A stretch of DNA of 64,000 bases from an uncultured Gemmatimonadaceae bacterium (GCA_963716745.1 OY970320.1:2528001-2592000); one strand, 5' to 3'; numbered from the stretch's first letter, positions 31,966 through 42,898 are shown. Translations and numbers: made by a program. The notes: a model not told the origin generated them from the letters alone.

Positions 31966-34131
31966 TTGACCCGTAATCCGCTCCGTTTATCCTTCTGGCG
32001 CGCCCGCCCCACGCTCACGCGAAGAGTGGTGCTGGTGTTGCTGTTCGGTATCTCGTTCGGCACCGGCGCCGCCGTCGCCGCGTGGACGCTCGTCTGCCGC
32101 GGCGGCGCGTGCCCCGATCCGCGGCAACTCGATCAATTCGCCCCGCGCCAGACTTCCAAGCTCTACGCCGCCGACGGCCGCTTCATCTCCGAGATCGGAC
32201 TCGAGCGCCGCACGCTCGTCCAACTCAAGGAGATCCCCACCGTCGTCCGCGACGCGTTCATCATCACGGAGGACAAACGGTTCTACGAACATCACGGCAT
32301 CGACTGGGTGCGCGTCTTCGGCGCCGCCGCGCACAACGTCGTCTCGCGCGGCTTCGGCCAGGGCTTCTCCACGCTCACGATGCAGCTCGCGCGCAACATC
32401 TTCCCCGAGAAGATCTCCCGCGAGAAGACGCTCATCCGCAAGCTGCGCGAGACGAAGATCGCCTTCGAGATCGAAGCGCTGTATCCCAAGGACAAGATCC
32501 TCGAGCTGTACCTCAATCAGATCTACCTGGGCAACGGCGCGTACGGCGTCGAGACCGCGGCGCAGCGCTACTTCGGGAAATCGGTGCGCGATGTGAACCT
32601 CGCCGAGGCCGCGACGCTCGCCGCGCTCCCGAAGGCGCCCGAACGGCTCAATCCGCGCCGCTATCCCGATCGCGCGATCCAGCGCCGCAACACGATCATC
32701 GCGCTCATGCGGAACGAGGGCGTCGTCAGCGATTCCGGCGCGCGCCTCGCGCAGGCCTACCCGCTGGACCTCGCGAAGAAGAGCGAGTCCGGCGAACTCG
32801 CGCCGTACTTCGTGGAATGGGTGCGTCAGCAGCTCGAGGAACAGTTCGGCGAGAAGCTCTACTCCGACGGCCTCAAGATCTTCACGACGCTCGACATCGA
32901 CATCCAGCAGGCCGCCGAGCGCAATCTCGAGCGTCAGCTCCGCGCCATCGAGGCGGGGAAGTGGGGCGCCTGGAAGCATCCCACCTTCGAGCAGTATCTC
33001 AGCCGCAGCCTCTCCGACAGCGAGGGCAACGAGTCGTCGCCCTACCTGCAGGGTGCGCTCGTCGCGATGGACCCGCGCAACGGCGCGGTGCGCGCGATGA
33101 TCGGCGGCCGCGACTTCGATGACTCCAAGTTCAATCGCGCGACGCAGGCGCTGCGCCAGCCCGGCTCAACCTTCAAGCCCATCGTCTACGCCGACGCGAT
33201 CCACTCGGGCCTCTCGGCCTCGCACCTGCTCGACGATTCGCCGCTCACGCTGCCGCAGTTCGGCGGCACCGATTGGACGCCGCAGAACTACGATCTGAAG
33301 TTCATGGGCATCCTCCCGCTGCGGCAGGCGCTCTATCTCTCGCGCAACCTCGCGACGATCCGGCTCGGCATCGAACTCGGGCCACAGAGCGTCATCGAGA
33401 TGGGACGGAAACTCGGCCTCACCACGCCCATCCCGCCGTACCCCTCGATCTTCATCGGCTCGGCCGACGTGTATCCGCTCGAGATGATCGCGGCCTACTC
33501 CGCCTTCGCGACGCTCGGCGTGCGCACCGCGCCGCACGGCATCGTGCGCGTCGAGGACGCGAAGGGCCACGTGCTCTGGGAAGGCGTGCCGCTGCGCTAC
33601 GACGTCCTCTCGCGCGAAGAGGCGTGGCTCATGGTGAGCATGATGAAGGACGTGCTCAGCAAAGGTTCCGCGGCATCCGTGGGCGCCTCCGGCTTCAAGA
33701 TCCCGGCCGCCGGCAAGACCGGCACCACGAACGACTACACGGACGTCTGGTTCATCGGCTACACGCCCGATCTCCTCGCCGGCGTGTGGATGGGCTTCGA
33801 CCGCCCGCAGAAGATCCAGGCCAACGCGCAGGGCGGTCGCCTCGCCGCGCCGGCCTGGACCAGCTTCATGACCGAGGTCTACCAGCGGCGCCCGCATCCG
33901 CCCGACTGGCCGCGCCCCGAGGCGATCATCACGCGGCAGATCGACGATTCCACCGGACTCCTCCGCAATCCGTATTGCCCGGTGGCACTCGTCACGAACG
34001 AGTACTACATCGAAGGCACGGAGCCCACGAAAGAGTGCGACGTGCACACGCCCACGGGCACCGTCTCTCCGTTCGATACGCTCATCGTCCCGCAGCTCAA
34101 GATCCCCGGCTCCCCTCCGCCGGCGCGTTGA
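31966..34131 (+). CDS. mrcA: Class A penicillin-binding protein (PBP1A family); start approximate
   Basis: EDKRFYEHHG, GFSTLTMQLARN, RKLRE, QPGSTFKP, SRN, KTGTTN. Confidence 0.93.
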   Translation: MTRNPLRLSFWRARPTLTRRVVLVLLFGISFGTGAAVAAWTLVCRGGACPDPRQLDQFAPRQTSKLYAADGRFISEIGLERRTLVQLKEIPTVVRDAFIITEDKRFYEHHGIDWVRVFGAAAHNVVSRGFGQGFSTLTMQLARNIFPEKISREKTLIRKLRETKIAFEIEALYPKDKILELYLNQIYLGNGAYGVETAAQRYFGKSVRDVNLAEAATLAALPKAPERLNPRRYPDRAIQRRNTIIALMRNEGVVSDSGARLAQAYPLDLAKKSESGELAPYFVEWVRQQLEEQFGEKLYSDGLKIFTTLDIDIQQAAERNLERQLRAIEAGKWGAWKHPTFEQYLSRSLSDSEGNESSPYLQGALVAMDPRNGAVRAMIGGRDFDDSKFNRATQALRQPGSTFKPIVYADAIHSGLSASHLLDDSPLTLPQFGGTDWTPQNYDLKFMGILPLRQALYLSRNLATIRLGIELGPQSVIEMGRKLGLTTPIPPYPSIFIGSADVYPLEMIAAYSAFATLGVRTAPHGIVRVEDAKGHVLWEGVPLRYDVLSREEAWLMVSMMKDVLSKGSAASVGASGFKIPAAGKTGTTNDYTDVWFIGYTPDLLAGVWMGFDRPQKIQANAQGGRLAAPAWTSFMTEVYQRRPHPPDWPRPEAIITRQIDDSTGLLRNPYCPVALVTNEYYIEGTEPTKECDVHTPTGTVSPFDTLIVPQLKIPGSPPPAR

Positions 34132-34135
34132 GCCC

Positions 34136-35416
34136 GTGATCCGCTACCACGCGCGCTGGGTGCTCCCCATCTCGCGCCCGCCCGTGGAGCGCGGCACCGT
34201 CGTCGAAGAGAACGGTCGCATCGTCTACGCCGGCCCGCGCGCCGATGCGCCGCCCGGCGACGATCGCGACCTCGGCGATGCGTACTTGCTGCCCGGTCTC
34301 GTCAATACGCACACGCATCTCGAGCTCACCGCGTTCCACGGGCTCATCACCGCGCCGTCATTCCGCGAATGGATCGTGGCGCTCCAGGCCGCGAAAACAG
34401 CGGTCATGACGCCCGAGCGATACCTCGACTCCGCGCGCGCCGGGATCGCCGACGGCCTGCGCGCCGGCATCACCACCTTCGCCGACACCTGCGATTCCGG
34501 CGTCGCGCTCGAAGCAATGCGGGAGGCCGGCGTGCGCGGCATCATGTACCAGGAAGTGTTCGGCCCGTCGCCCGATCCCGCCGACGTCGCCGAGTCGATG
34601 CGTGGACTCGAACGAAAACTCGCCGCGCTCGATCCGCTCGCGACGGATCTCCAGCGCATCGGCGTCTCGCCGCATGCGCCCTACACGGTGAGCGACCCGC
34701 TCTTCGCGCTCGTCGCGCACATGCGCCGTCCGTTCGCCATCCATATCGCCGAGAGCGAGGAAGAGACCGCGCTCATCCGCGACGGCGCGGGCCCGTTCGC
34801 CATCGCGTTGCGCGCGCGCGGGATGACCGTCGTGTCGCGTGCCATCTCGCCGATATCGTTGCTCGAGCAGCTGGACGTGCTCGCGGCGCGGCCGCTGCTC
34901 ATCCACTGCATTCGCGCATCGAACACCGACCTGCGCATGATCGCGGCCCACGACTGCGCCGTGGCGCACTGCCCGGCGTCGAACGCGCATCTCGGACACG
35001 GCACCGCACCACTCGCTACGATGCTCTCGCTCGGCATTCGCACCGGGCTCGGCTCCGATTCCATGGCCAGCAACGACGCGATGGACATCCTGGAGGAAGC
35101 GCGCCGCGCCGCCGCGCCGCCGGCGAAGTCGCTCGAACTCGCCACGATCGGTGGCGCCCGCGCGCTCGATATCTCCGATCGCATCGGCACGCTCGCCGTG
35201 GGCAAAGACGCCGACCTCGCCGCCTTCCCGATCCTGCCCGGCGATCCCCCCGACCCGATCGCCGCCCTTTCCACCCCGCGCCCCGCACTCGCCACCATAG
35301 TCGCCGGCAAGCCGCGACTGTGGAACGGAAAGCTGGTGGATGGAGATGAAGATCTGAGTGCGCGCCTGACCCAGATCTCCGCCGCGCTACGGGCGTTTCG
35401 GAACGGACTGCAATAG
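34136..35416 (+). CDS. Amidohydrolase (MTA/SAH deaminase-like)
   Basis: LPGLVNTHTHLE, SPHAPYTVS, HIAES, HCPASN, LGSDS. Confidence 0.88.
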   Translation: MIRYHARWVLPISRPPVERGTVVEENGRIVYAGPRADAPPGDDRDLGDAYLLPGLVNTHTHLELTAFHGLITAPSFREWIVALQAAKTAVMTPERYLDSARAGIADGLRAGITTFADTCDSGVALEAMREAGVRGIMYQEVFGPSPDPADVAESMRGLERKLAALDPLATDLQRIGVSPHAPYTVSDPLFALVAHMRRPFAIHIAESEEETALIRDGAGPFAIALRARGMTVVSRAISPISLLEQLDVLAARPLLIHCIRASNTDLRMIAAHDCAVAHCPASNAHLGHGTAPLATMLSLGIRTGLGSDSMASNDAMDILEEARRAAAPPAKSLELATIGGARALDISDRIGTLAVGKDADLAAFPILPGDPPDPIAALSTPRPALATIVAGKPRLWNGKLVDGDEDLSARLTQISAALRAFRNGLQ

Positions 35417-35439
35417 CAGGCAACAGCCGACAGCCCGCA

Positions 35440-35473
35440 GTCTAGGTCTAACGTCTAAGTCTAACGTCTGCAG
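35440..35473. repeat. GTCTA(A/G)(C) 6/7-nt tandem repeat ending GTCTGCAG
   Basis: GTCTAG GTCTAAC GTCTAA GTCTAAC GTCTGCAG; second copy at 42523-42555. Confidence 0.85.
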
Positions 35474-35511
35474 TTCTAGCGAATTCCCGCCCCGCAAACG
35501 TATCTTAAACC

Positions 35512-36468
35512 ATGCACAATCCCGTGGTAAAAGGCGCCACCCACAAGATCTGGCGCGACGGCAAGCTCATTCCGTGGGAGGACGCCACTCTCCACGTCAT
35601 GAGCCACGTCGTGCACTATGGCTCCAGCGTGTTCGAGGGGCTCCGCTTCTACGAGACCCCCGGCGGTCCCGCGATCTTCCGCCTGGACGATCACATGCGG
35701 CGCCTCATCGACTCGTGCCGCATCTACCGTATCGCGGTGCCGCATAGCGCCGAGACGCTCGCACAGGCCTGTGTCGACACCGTGGCCGCGAACGACATCC
35801 GCCACGGCTATCTGCGCCCGGTCGTCGTGCGCACCGGCGAGCAGATGGGCGTGTTCGCCGCGGACATTCCCGTCGAGACCTTCATCGTCGCCTGGCATTG
35901 GGGCCGGTACCTCGGCGAGGATGCGCTCAAGGATGGCGTGGATACCTGCGTCTCCAGCTGGCGCCGCGCCGCGCCGGATACCTTCCCGGCGCTCGCGAAG
36001 GCCGGCGGCAACTATCTCAGCGCGTCGCTCGCCAAGATGGAAGCGCGCGGCGACAAGTATGCCGAAGGCATCATGCTCGACAGCGCCGGCCACATCGCGG
36101 AGGGCGCGGGCGAGAACATCTTCCTCGTGCGCGACCGGGTGGTGTACACGCCGCCGCTGTCCGCCGGGATCCTGCACGGCATCACCCGCGATTCCTGCAT
36201 GCGCATCGCCGCCGACCTCGGCTACGAGGTGCGCGTAGAGGCACTCCCGAGGGAAATGCTGTACATTGCGGATGAGGCATTCTTTACCGGCACGGCGGCG
36301 GAATTGACACCAATACGATCCGTCGATCGTGTACAGTTGGGGGATGGTAGACCGGGACCGGTGACGCGAGCGATCCAGGAGGACTTCCTGGGCATCGCGC
36401 ACGGTAAGAAAGAAGACCGTTACGGGTGGCTGACACTGGTCCCCGAAACGGCCGCCGCCGCCCGATGA
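35512..36468 (+). CDS. ilvE: Branched-chain amino acid aminotransferase
   Basis: HYGSSVFEG, AKAGGNY, EGAGENIF, GILHGITR, FFTGTAAE. Confidence 0.96.
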   Translation: MHNPVVKGATHKIWRDGKLIPWEDATLHVMSHVVHYGSSVFEGLRFYETPGGPAIFRLDDHMRRLIDSCRIYRIAVPHSAETLAQACVDTVAANDIRHGYLRPVVVRTGEQMGVFAADIPVETFIVAWHWGRYLGEDALKDGVDTCVSSWRRAAPDTFPALAKAGGNYLSASLAKMEARGDKYAEGIMLDSAGHIAEGAGENIFLVRDRVVYTPPLSAGILHGITRDSCMRIAADLGYEVRVEALPREMLYIADEAFFTGTAAELTPIRSVDRVQLGDGRPGPVTRAIQEDFLGIAHGKKEDRYGWLTLVPETAAAAR

Positions 36469-36489
36469 GGGGCGCGGCGCGGTGACCGA

Positions 36490-36523
36490 CTCCCGTCCCG
36501 GTCCATCGGGGCGGGCGTTTTTT
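36490..36523 (+). terminator. Probable intrinsic terminator after ilvE
   Basis: CCCGTCCCG...CGGGGCGGG stem followed by TTTTTT. Confidence 0.6.
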
Positions 36524-36537
36524 CAGGAGGCTCAAGC

Positions 36538-37140
36538 GTGATCGTCGGTTGTCTTGCGCTGAATGCTTCGTTCGAACCACTGACCATGGTCCCCATGCGT
36601 CGGGCGCTCCGGCTTGTGCTCGATGGCAAGGCCGAGATCGTGGAAGCGGACACCGGCAAGGTCGTGCGCTCGGAGCGCCTCACGCTCCCGCGCCCCGCGG
36701 TGATCCGGCTCGTGAAGTTCATCCACGTGCCGCGCCGCTTCCGCCGTCAGGTAACGAACACCTTCCTCTTCGCGCGTGACCGCTATCGCTGCCAGTACTG
36801 CGGACGCGGCACCATGGACCTGCGCCCGCGCGAGTCGCTCACGCGCGACCACCTCGTGCCGCTCTCGCGTGGTGGCACGAACGAGTGGACCAACGTCGTG
36901 ACGGCCTGCTCGCCCTGCAACACGCGCAAGGGGAACCGCATGGCGGAGGAGATCGGCATGCATCCGCTCGTGCCGCCGGTCGAGCCGCACTTCGTGCACC
37001 TGAGCTGGGCGGTGCGCCGCCTCACGCCGGCACAGTCGAAGTACATCAAACTCTTCTACGGCCCCGAGACGCTCCACCAGGTGGAAGAGCTGGAGCATCG
37101 CCCGCATCACACGCGGGGCGAGAAGATCCTTCGCGCCTGA
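36538..37140 (+). CDS. HNH endonuclease (McrA-like)
   Basis: AGGAGG RBS; CLALNASFEPL, RDRYRCQYCG, TRDHLVPLSRGG, NVVTACSPCNTRKGN. Confidence 0.92.
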   Translation: MIVGCLALNASFEPLTMVPMRRALRLVLDGKAEIVEADTGKVVRSERLTLPRPAVIRLVKFIHVPRRFRRQVTNTFLFARDRYRCQYCGRGTMDLRPRESLTRDHLVPLSRGGTNEWTNVVTACSPCNTRKGNRMAEEIGMHPLVPPVEPHFVHLSWAVRRLTPAQSKYIKLFYGPETLHQVEELEHRPHHTRGEKILRA

Positions 37141-37152
37141 TCACGCCGGCCG

Positions 37153-37815
37153 CTACTGCGGCCGGAACACCGCACTCCGCGCATGGTACGTCCGCGTCTG
37201 CCCGCCCAGCAGACGCGTGACCAGCGTGTTCGCGCCATGTCCCAGCGCCGTGCCCGGATTCTCGCGACCCTTCACCGCGGAATCCGCGTCGCCGCCGAGC
37301 CAACGCTTCACTTCGTCGATGTCGTGCACCGAGAGCATCTCGAGGTCCAGCGACGCGTAGTAGTAGTGCTTCGAGTGGCCGGTGGGCGGCTGGATGCCGG
37401 GCACGAACGGGCGCGCCACCGCGTCCTCAGCATCCTTGAGATCGGCGAACGTGCCGAGCGACTGCCAGCGGCCGGCGATCCGCGTCACGGTGTAGTGCCG
37501 GGCGAGCGGATCGTAGCTCACCACGACATCCCACTCGATCGTGCGCACGAGATCGTCGAAGAACCTATTCGCTTTCCAGAGTTCCAGCCGGAAATGCAGC
37601 CGCGCGGGGAATCCGCTGAACAGCAGCTCGCGCGTCGTGCGGTCGGAGAGCATGCGCACGCTCCGCACCACCGGCGCTTCCTTCGCGCGCGCGGAGTCCG
37701 CCGGCAGGATGATCTCCAGCGCCGGCTCCGAGGGCGTCGCGACTCTGGGCGCCTGCGCCGCGATCCCGAACGGGAGCGCGAGCAGCGCGAGGAGGAGGTA
37801 CGCGCGGCGCGTCAT
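37153..37815 (-). CDS. DUF4390-like periplasmic protein
   Basis: Signal peptide; ELLFSGFPARLHFRLELW, VSYDPLARHY. Confidence 0.65.
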   Translation of the reverse strand: MTRRAYLLLALLALPFGIAAQAPRVATPSEPALEIILPADSARAKEAPVVRSVRMLSDRTTRELLFSGFPARLHFRLELWKANRFFDDLVRTIEWDVVVSYDPLARHYTVTRIAGRWQSLGTFADLKDAEDAVARPFVPGIQPPTGHSKHYYYASLDLEMLSVHDIDEVKRWLGGDADSAVKGRENPGTALGHGANTLVTRLLGGQTRTYHARSAVFRPQ

Positions 37816-39543
37816 CAGAATCGGTGCTGCAGGCGCACCACGAACTGCAGCGGCGTCTGCCAGTCCGAGAGTGATTTTGCCATGTACATGCCGAGCCAGC
37901 CCATGTCGAGGCCGGCGCCGGCGTCGGTGCGGAAGGTGTACAGCGGCGGCAGCGTCCACGCGCCGTAGCGCACGCCGTCTTCGGTGGAGCCCGTCACCCA
38001 GCCGCGCCCCGCGTCGGTGAACACTACCCACGACATCGTCTTGCTCAGGCGGTACGACTCGGTCTCATCTTCCGCGCGCTGCCGCGGGAACAGCCGCAGC
38101 GTGAAGTCGCCGCGGTATTCCACCTGCGCCAGCATCATGCGCGAGCATTGCGCGGGATTCCCGGCCGGTGCGCTGCTGTCGGCGCACGTGAACACATTAG
38201 GCGTGATCGGCTGGCGGAAATTGTAGCCCGGCAGCGAGCCGGGTCCGCCCATCGAGAAGCGCCGCTCCAGCGGCAGCTCGCCGCCGCCGATCCCCGTGCC
38301 GAACACCAGCCGCAGATTGAGATGCCCCTCCGGCGACACGCGGTTGTAGCGGCGGATGTCGATCCAGCCGCGCCCATACGTAAGCGCCTCCGGCGTCGCG
38401 GTGTTCACGCGCGCGATGTCGCTCGCCGGTCCCTCGGTGAGCGAATTCGTCCAGCCGACTTCGACATCGGCGTTCACGAGCCAGCCGAGGTACGGATCGG
38501 CGTCGCTATTCCGCGTATCGTACTCGACGCCGGCGTCGACGCGCCGCAGCAGCCCAGCGTCCAGCTCCGGATTGTCGCGCCACGGATTCGACGTATGGAA
38601 CAGCGAGATCGGGTCCTGCGCCGTGCGCAGCGCCCACCACGCCTGGGTGAACTTGAGCGTGTACGTCAGCGGTCCGCGCAGCAGCGACCCCCACGCGCTG
38701 CCGCCCTGCGCGTTGTAGTAGTCGCGCATGTCGTCGCGCACGCCGAAGCTGTACAGCGAGATCTCGGCGTTCGACACCTGCCAATCCTCCGCCGGCGCTA
38801 CCAGATCGAACCCGCGCGCGCCGTACGCGAAGCCGTGCGCTTTCCCCTGTTTCACCTCGGCGCTGATGTCGTAGCCGAGGTTCGCGCTCGTCCACGCGAA
38901 GCTATTCACCGACCGGTAGATCGCGAGGCCGGTGAAGGTGAACTGTCCGAACGAAGGATTCCGGCGGAGATCGATGCCGACCATCACCGGGAGGCCTTCC
39001 ACGCGATCGTACGTGCCAGCCCGCAGCGCGAAACGTGTGCGCGCGGAATCGTAGCGCGTTTCCCAGCGGCGGAACCAGCCTTCCTCGGCGCTGGTGGTAT
39101 CGAGCATCGCGACCATCGCGTCGCCCTGCATGCGGTACGCCAGCAATTGAGGATACGCGGTCACCGTGCCGCCTACGACGGCGCTGTCGGCGCGGCTCAC
39201 CGTGCCGCCGGCCACGAACACGCCGCTATCCACGCGTGCCGTGGCGCGCAGCTCCACGCTGCCGTTGATCACGACCACGGCGCCGTGCACCGTGCCCGCG
39301 ACGACGAGCGAGCCGTCGCGCACCGCGACGTTCCCGTCCACCGTGCGGCCGGCGGCAATGGTCGTATTCCCGAGCGCGCGAACGGCCGCGGGCATGTTGT
39401 ACCGGTACGCCGCCTCACCCGCGACCGCGGCCGCGCGCGATCGTGTCACGCGCGCTGTCGCCCGCCTGCGCCGCAAGCGCATGCGGCGCGAGCGCCAGCA
39501 TGGCGGCGAGCGCCCAACGCACGACGCACGACTCACGCTTCAT
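37815..39543 (-). CDS. Outer-membrane Omp85/BamA-TamA-like barrel with N-terminal bactofilin-like beta-helix (apparent frameshift near 39435)
   Basis: Signal peptide MKRESCVVRWALAAMLALAPHALAAQ in adjacent frame; GNVAVRDGSLVVAGTVHGAVVVING repeats; YDRVEG, RFSMGGPGSLPGY, FTDAGRGW, C-terminal Phe. Confidence 0.75.
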
Positions 39544-40923
39544 GAAGCGCCCCACTCGATTCCCAGCCTCCTCATCCGACGATACAGATTCGGCCTGTCG
39601 GTCTTCAGCCGCCGCGCTGCGTCGGCCACGTTCCCCTGCGCCACGCTCAGCGCGCGCGTGATGAGCGTGCGCTCGTAGTCATCGAGCGCGTCGTTCAGCG
39701 GCCGGTCGAGCGAGGGCTCGGGCAGCGGCGGTGCACCGGCCGCGCCCTTGGCATCGCGCACGGCCGGGCAGCACGGCCGCCACGTCCGCCGCCGTCACTT
39801 CGTTCCCCTGCTGCAGAATGGCGAGCCGCTCCACGGTGTTCGCCAGTTCGCGCACGTTGCCCGGCCAGCGGTGCCGCGAGAGCATCGCGAGCGATTCCGC
39901 GCTCCATGCGGGGGCGAGCCGCCCCGCGCGCGCACGATAGAGTGCGGAGAAGTGCAGCACGAGCGGCGGGATGTCGTCGGGCCGCTCGCGCAGCGGCGGC
40001 AGCGTCATCGGGATCACGTTCAGCCGGTGGTACAGATCCTCGCGGAACTTCCCGTCGGCCACGCCGCGCGCGAGGTCCATGTTCGTCGCGGCGATGATCC
40101 GCACATCCACCTTGATCGACTTGCCGCCGCCCACGCGCTCGATCTCGCTCGCCTCGATCGCGCGCAGCAGCTTCGCCTGCGCTTCCGCGCCCAGGTCGCC
40201 CACTTCATCCAGCAGCAGCGTGCCCGTGTTCGCCAACTCGAATCGCCCGATGCGGCGCTCGGTCGCGCCGGTGAACGCGCCCTTCTCGTGGCCGAACATC
40301 TCGCTCTCCACGAGATCGCGCGGGATCGCGGCGCAGTTCACGCGCACGAACGGCCGGTCGCGGCGCGCGCTCCCGCGGTGGATCGCGCTCGCGACGAGTT
40401 CCTTGCCGGTGCCGCTCTCGCCCATGAGCAGCACGCGCGCATCCGTCGGCGCGACGCGCGCGATCATCTCGCGCACTCGCTGCATCGCGGCGCTCGCGCC
40501 CACCATCTCGCCGGTGAGCGCGTAGTCCTCGCGCAGCGTCTTCACTTCGCGCCGCGCAGACCGCAGCTCGAGCGCCGAACGCAGCGCGAGCAGCACACTT
40601 TCGGGGGTGAGTGGTTTTTCGAGGAACTGGAACGCGCCGAGCTTCGTGGCGCGCACCGCATCGCTCAATCCCGCGCGTCCGCTCATCATCACGACCGGCA
40701 GCTCCGGATAGCGCTCGCGCAGCGCGCTGAGCGTCGCCATGCCGTCCAGCGCGCCGGGCATCATGAGGTCCACGAGCACGGCGTCGGGCTCGCGCTCGAG
40801 CGCCGCCGCCACGCCCGCCGTGCCGTCGGGCGCCTCGCGCACGGTGAACCCCTCGGTGCCGAGCAGCGCACCGACCATCCGACGAATGTTGGCTTCGTCG
40901 TCGATGATCAGGATCTCAGCCAT
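39540..40923 (-). CDS. Sigma54-dependent response regulator (NtrC/NtrX family; apparent frameshift near 39760)
   Basis: Receiver; GESGTGKE, GAFTGA, WPGNVREL; Fis-type HTH in adjacent frame. Confidence 0.93.
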
Positions 40924-41187
40924 TCAATTTCTTCTCCGCGCCCTGGCGCTCGGACAGGAGCTTCGTCGTGAACCGCTGGCCCTCCGAGATGCGCTCCACT
41001 TCCACCGCGATCGAGTCGATCGCCTGTTCCATCCGCTCGAGGCGTGCGAGCGCTTCAGGCGGGATCGGCGGCAGTTCCGCTTTCTTGCTCGCGCGTCTGA
41101 TGTACGCGACGTGAGCGGCAGGCCGATGGCCAGCACGATCAGCATGAAGATCATGCCCGCGATCGGGATCACGATGTCTTCGTTCAT
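40916..41187 (-). CDS. Small TM + coiled-coil protein (PspB-like architecture; apparent frameshift near 41110)
   Basis: MNEDIVIPIAGMIFMLIVLAIGLP then RLERMEQAIDSIAVEVERISEGQRFTTKLL. Confidence 0.7.
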
Positions 41188-42440
41188 GCGCCGCGCTCCC
41201 CTTCGAGTTTGTGATCCACCGGCACACCACTCACCGGCAGAATGAATCGGATCTCCGTGCCCGCCTCCTTGTCGCTCGTCGCGCTCACCGCGCCGCCGTG
41301 CGCCAGCACCGTCTGCCGCGCGATCGCGAGTCCCAGCCCCGTGCCGCCCGCGGTCGTCGTGTGGTACGGTTCCCAGATCGCGGCGAGCCGCCCCGGCGGG
41401 ATCCCCTTGCCAGTATCCACCACCCGCAGTTCCACCGCCGGCCGCCCGTCGAGCACGCTGCGTGCCACATGGATTCGCACCGACCCGCCGCCGCGGCATG
41501 CCTCCACCGCGTTCAGCAGCACGTTGCTCAGCGCGCGCGACAGCGCCTCGTAGTGCCCCGTGATGTGCGGGACGTTCTCGTCCGCCTGCACGGTCACCGG
41601 CACCGTGCCGCCGCTCAGACTCCGCGCCGCTTCGTTCGCGAGTTCGGCCACGTCGATCGCCGCCGCCGGACCCTCCGGCAGCCGACCGAACTGCGCGAAG
41701 CTCCGCGCCATCGCATCGATCCGCTTCGTCTCGGTCTCCAGCACGTCCACGATCTCCGCCAATTTCGGATCGGCGTCGCGCCTGAGCCGCGCGATCGCGA
41801 GACCGATCGGCGTCAGCGGATTCTTCAGCTCGTGCGCCACCCGCCGTGCCGTCTCGCGGAACGCTTCCAACCGCTCGGCCTCGATCTCCCGCGCGCGCGC
41901 CGCGATGATCTGGTCGGCCATCTCACGCATGCGGCGTCGCATCACTTCGAATTCCGGCGCGCCCCGCTGCGGCTTGCCCGCCGGCAGCGGCTCGCCGCGC
42001 GCTACCAGCTCCGTCCATTCCACGAGTTCGCTGAGCGGACGGCTCAGCTGACGGCTCAAGTGTCCCGCCGCGCGCCACGCCAGCAGCGACAGGATGAGCG
42101 AGCCCGCGATCGCCAAGATCACGATCGCCCCCGCCACGCGCGTCGTGAGATACTCGTACCGGCGCGCCTCGATGAGCGAAGTTCCCAGCACGCGCTCGTG
42201 GTCGTCCAGCGCCGTGCGCTGCGCCGCTGTGAGCGGAGCGCCCTTCATGGCGTCGAGCACCCGGCGCCCGCTCGCCTCCACCAGTTCCCATGGCCGCTTC
42301 CCGCTGAGTACGGGCAGCACCGAACTCACGCCCGCCGCCCCGCCCAGCAGCAGTACGCTCGTCGGCACCATCGCGAACAGCGCGAGATAAATGAGCACTC
42401 GCGTTCGGAACCGGGGCTGCGTCAATGGCGCTCCATCCAA
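41184..42440 (-). CDS. HAMP sensor histidine kinase (NtrY-like); start approximate
   Basis: Two TMs, HAMP, ARRVAHELKNPLTPI, NVLLNAVEA, DTGKG, GTGLGL. Confidence 0.92.
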   Translation of the reverse strand: MDGAPLTQPRFRTRVLIYLALFAMVPTSVLLLGGAAGVSSVLPVLSGKRPWELVEASGRRVLDAMKGAPLTAAQRTALDDHERVLGTSLIEARRYEYLTTRVAGAIVILAIAGSLILSLLAWRAAGHLSRQLSRPLSELVEWTELVARGEPLPAGKPQRGAPEFEVMRRRMREMADQIIAARAREIEAERLEAFRETARRVAHELKNPLTPIGLAIARLRRDADPKLAEIVDVLETETKRIDAMARSFAQFGRLPEGPAAAIDVAELANEAARSLSGGTVPVTVQADENVPHITGHYEALSRALSNVLLNAVEACRGGGSVRIHVARSVLDGRPAVELRVVDTGKGIPPGRLAAIWEPYHTTTAGGTGLGLAIARQTVLAHGGAVSATSDKEAGTEIRFILPVSGVPVDHKLEGERGA

Positions 42441-42522
42441 GGCGTTTCTTTCTGCGACAGCGCCAATCTATAGGTCTGTTGCCCCTCGCGCGAAGTAGTG
42501 AGGGCCGTCCAAGGGAGCGCCT

Positions 42523-42555
42523 TCTAACGTCTAGGTCTAGCGTCTAAGTCTGCAG
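42523..42555. repeat. GTCTA tandem repeat, second copy
   Basis: TCTAAC GTCTAG GTCTAGC GTCTAA GTCTGCAG. Confidence 0.85.
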
Positions 42556-42570
42556 TGTACGTCTGCCCTT

Positions 42571-42599
42571 TTGCCCGAACGCCTCTCCCTGGTTATACT
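42571..42599 (+). promoter_or_regulatory. Sigma70-type promoter
   Basis: TTGCCC-17 nt-TATACT. Confidence 0.75.
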
Positions 42600-42898
42600 T
42601 AAGGCACCGATGCGCACCACGAACACAGTTTGATGCCGCTCCGCTCGACCCTCGAAAGCGACGGCGCGCAGTACGCGGGACATTCTCCCGCGCTCGCGCC
42701 CACCGCTGCGGGTCGGCCGGCATCACGCAGCAACGTGGGAGCGCCTGCGGCCAGACAATCGCCCGCCGCGGACACCGCCAATGGTCGTGCCCGCACCCGC
42801 TGCTTCGAGCCCGTCTCGCTCCCATGGAGCGCTCAGGGGAAGCGGCGGTTCACCGGGCGGCCTGCCGCGCCTTTTCACACCGTCTCACCACCAGGTAA

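Noticed and set aside
35440..35473. GTCTA arrays as a mini CRISPR
   Set aside because: Units are 6-7 nt with no spacers
36538..37140. HNH gene as a homing element or restriction system
   Set aside because: Typical stand-alone McrA-like family gene with no methylase, intron or insertion boundaries
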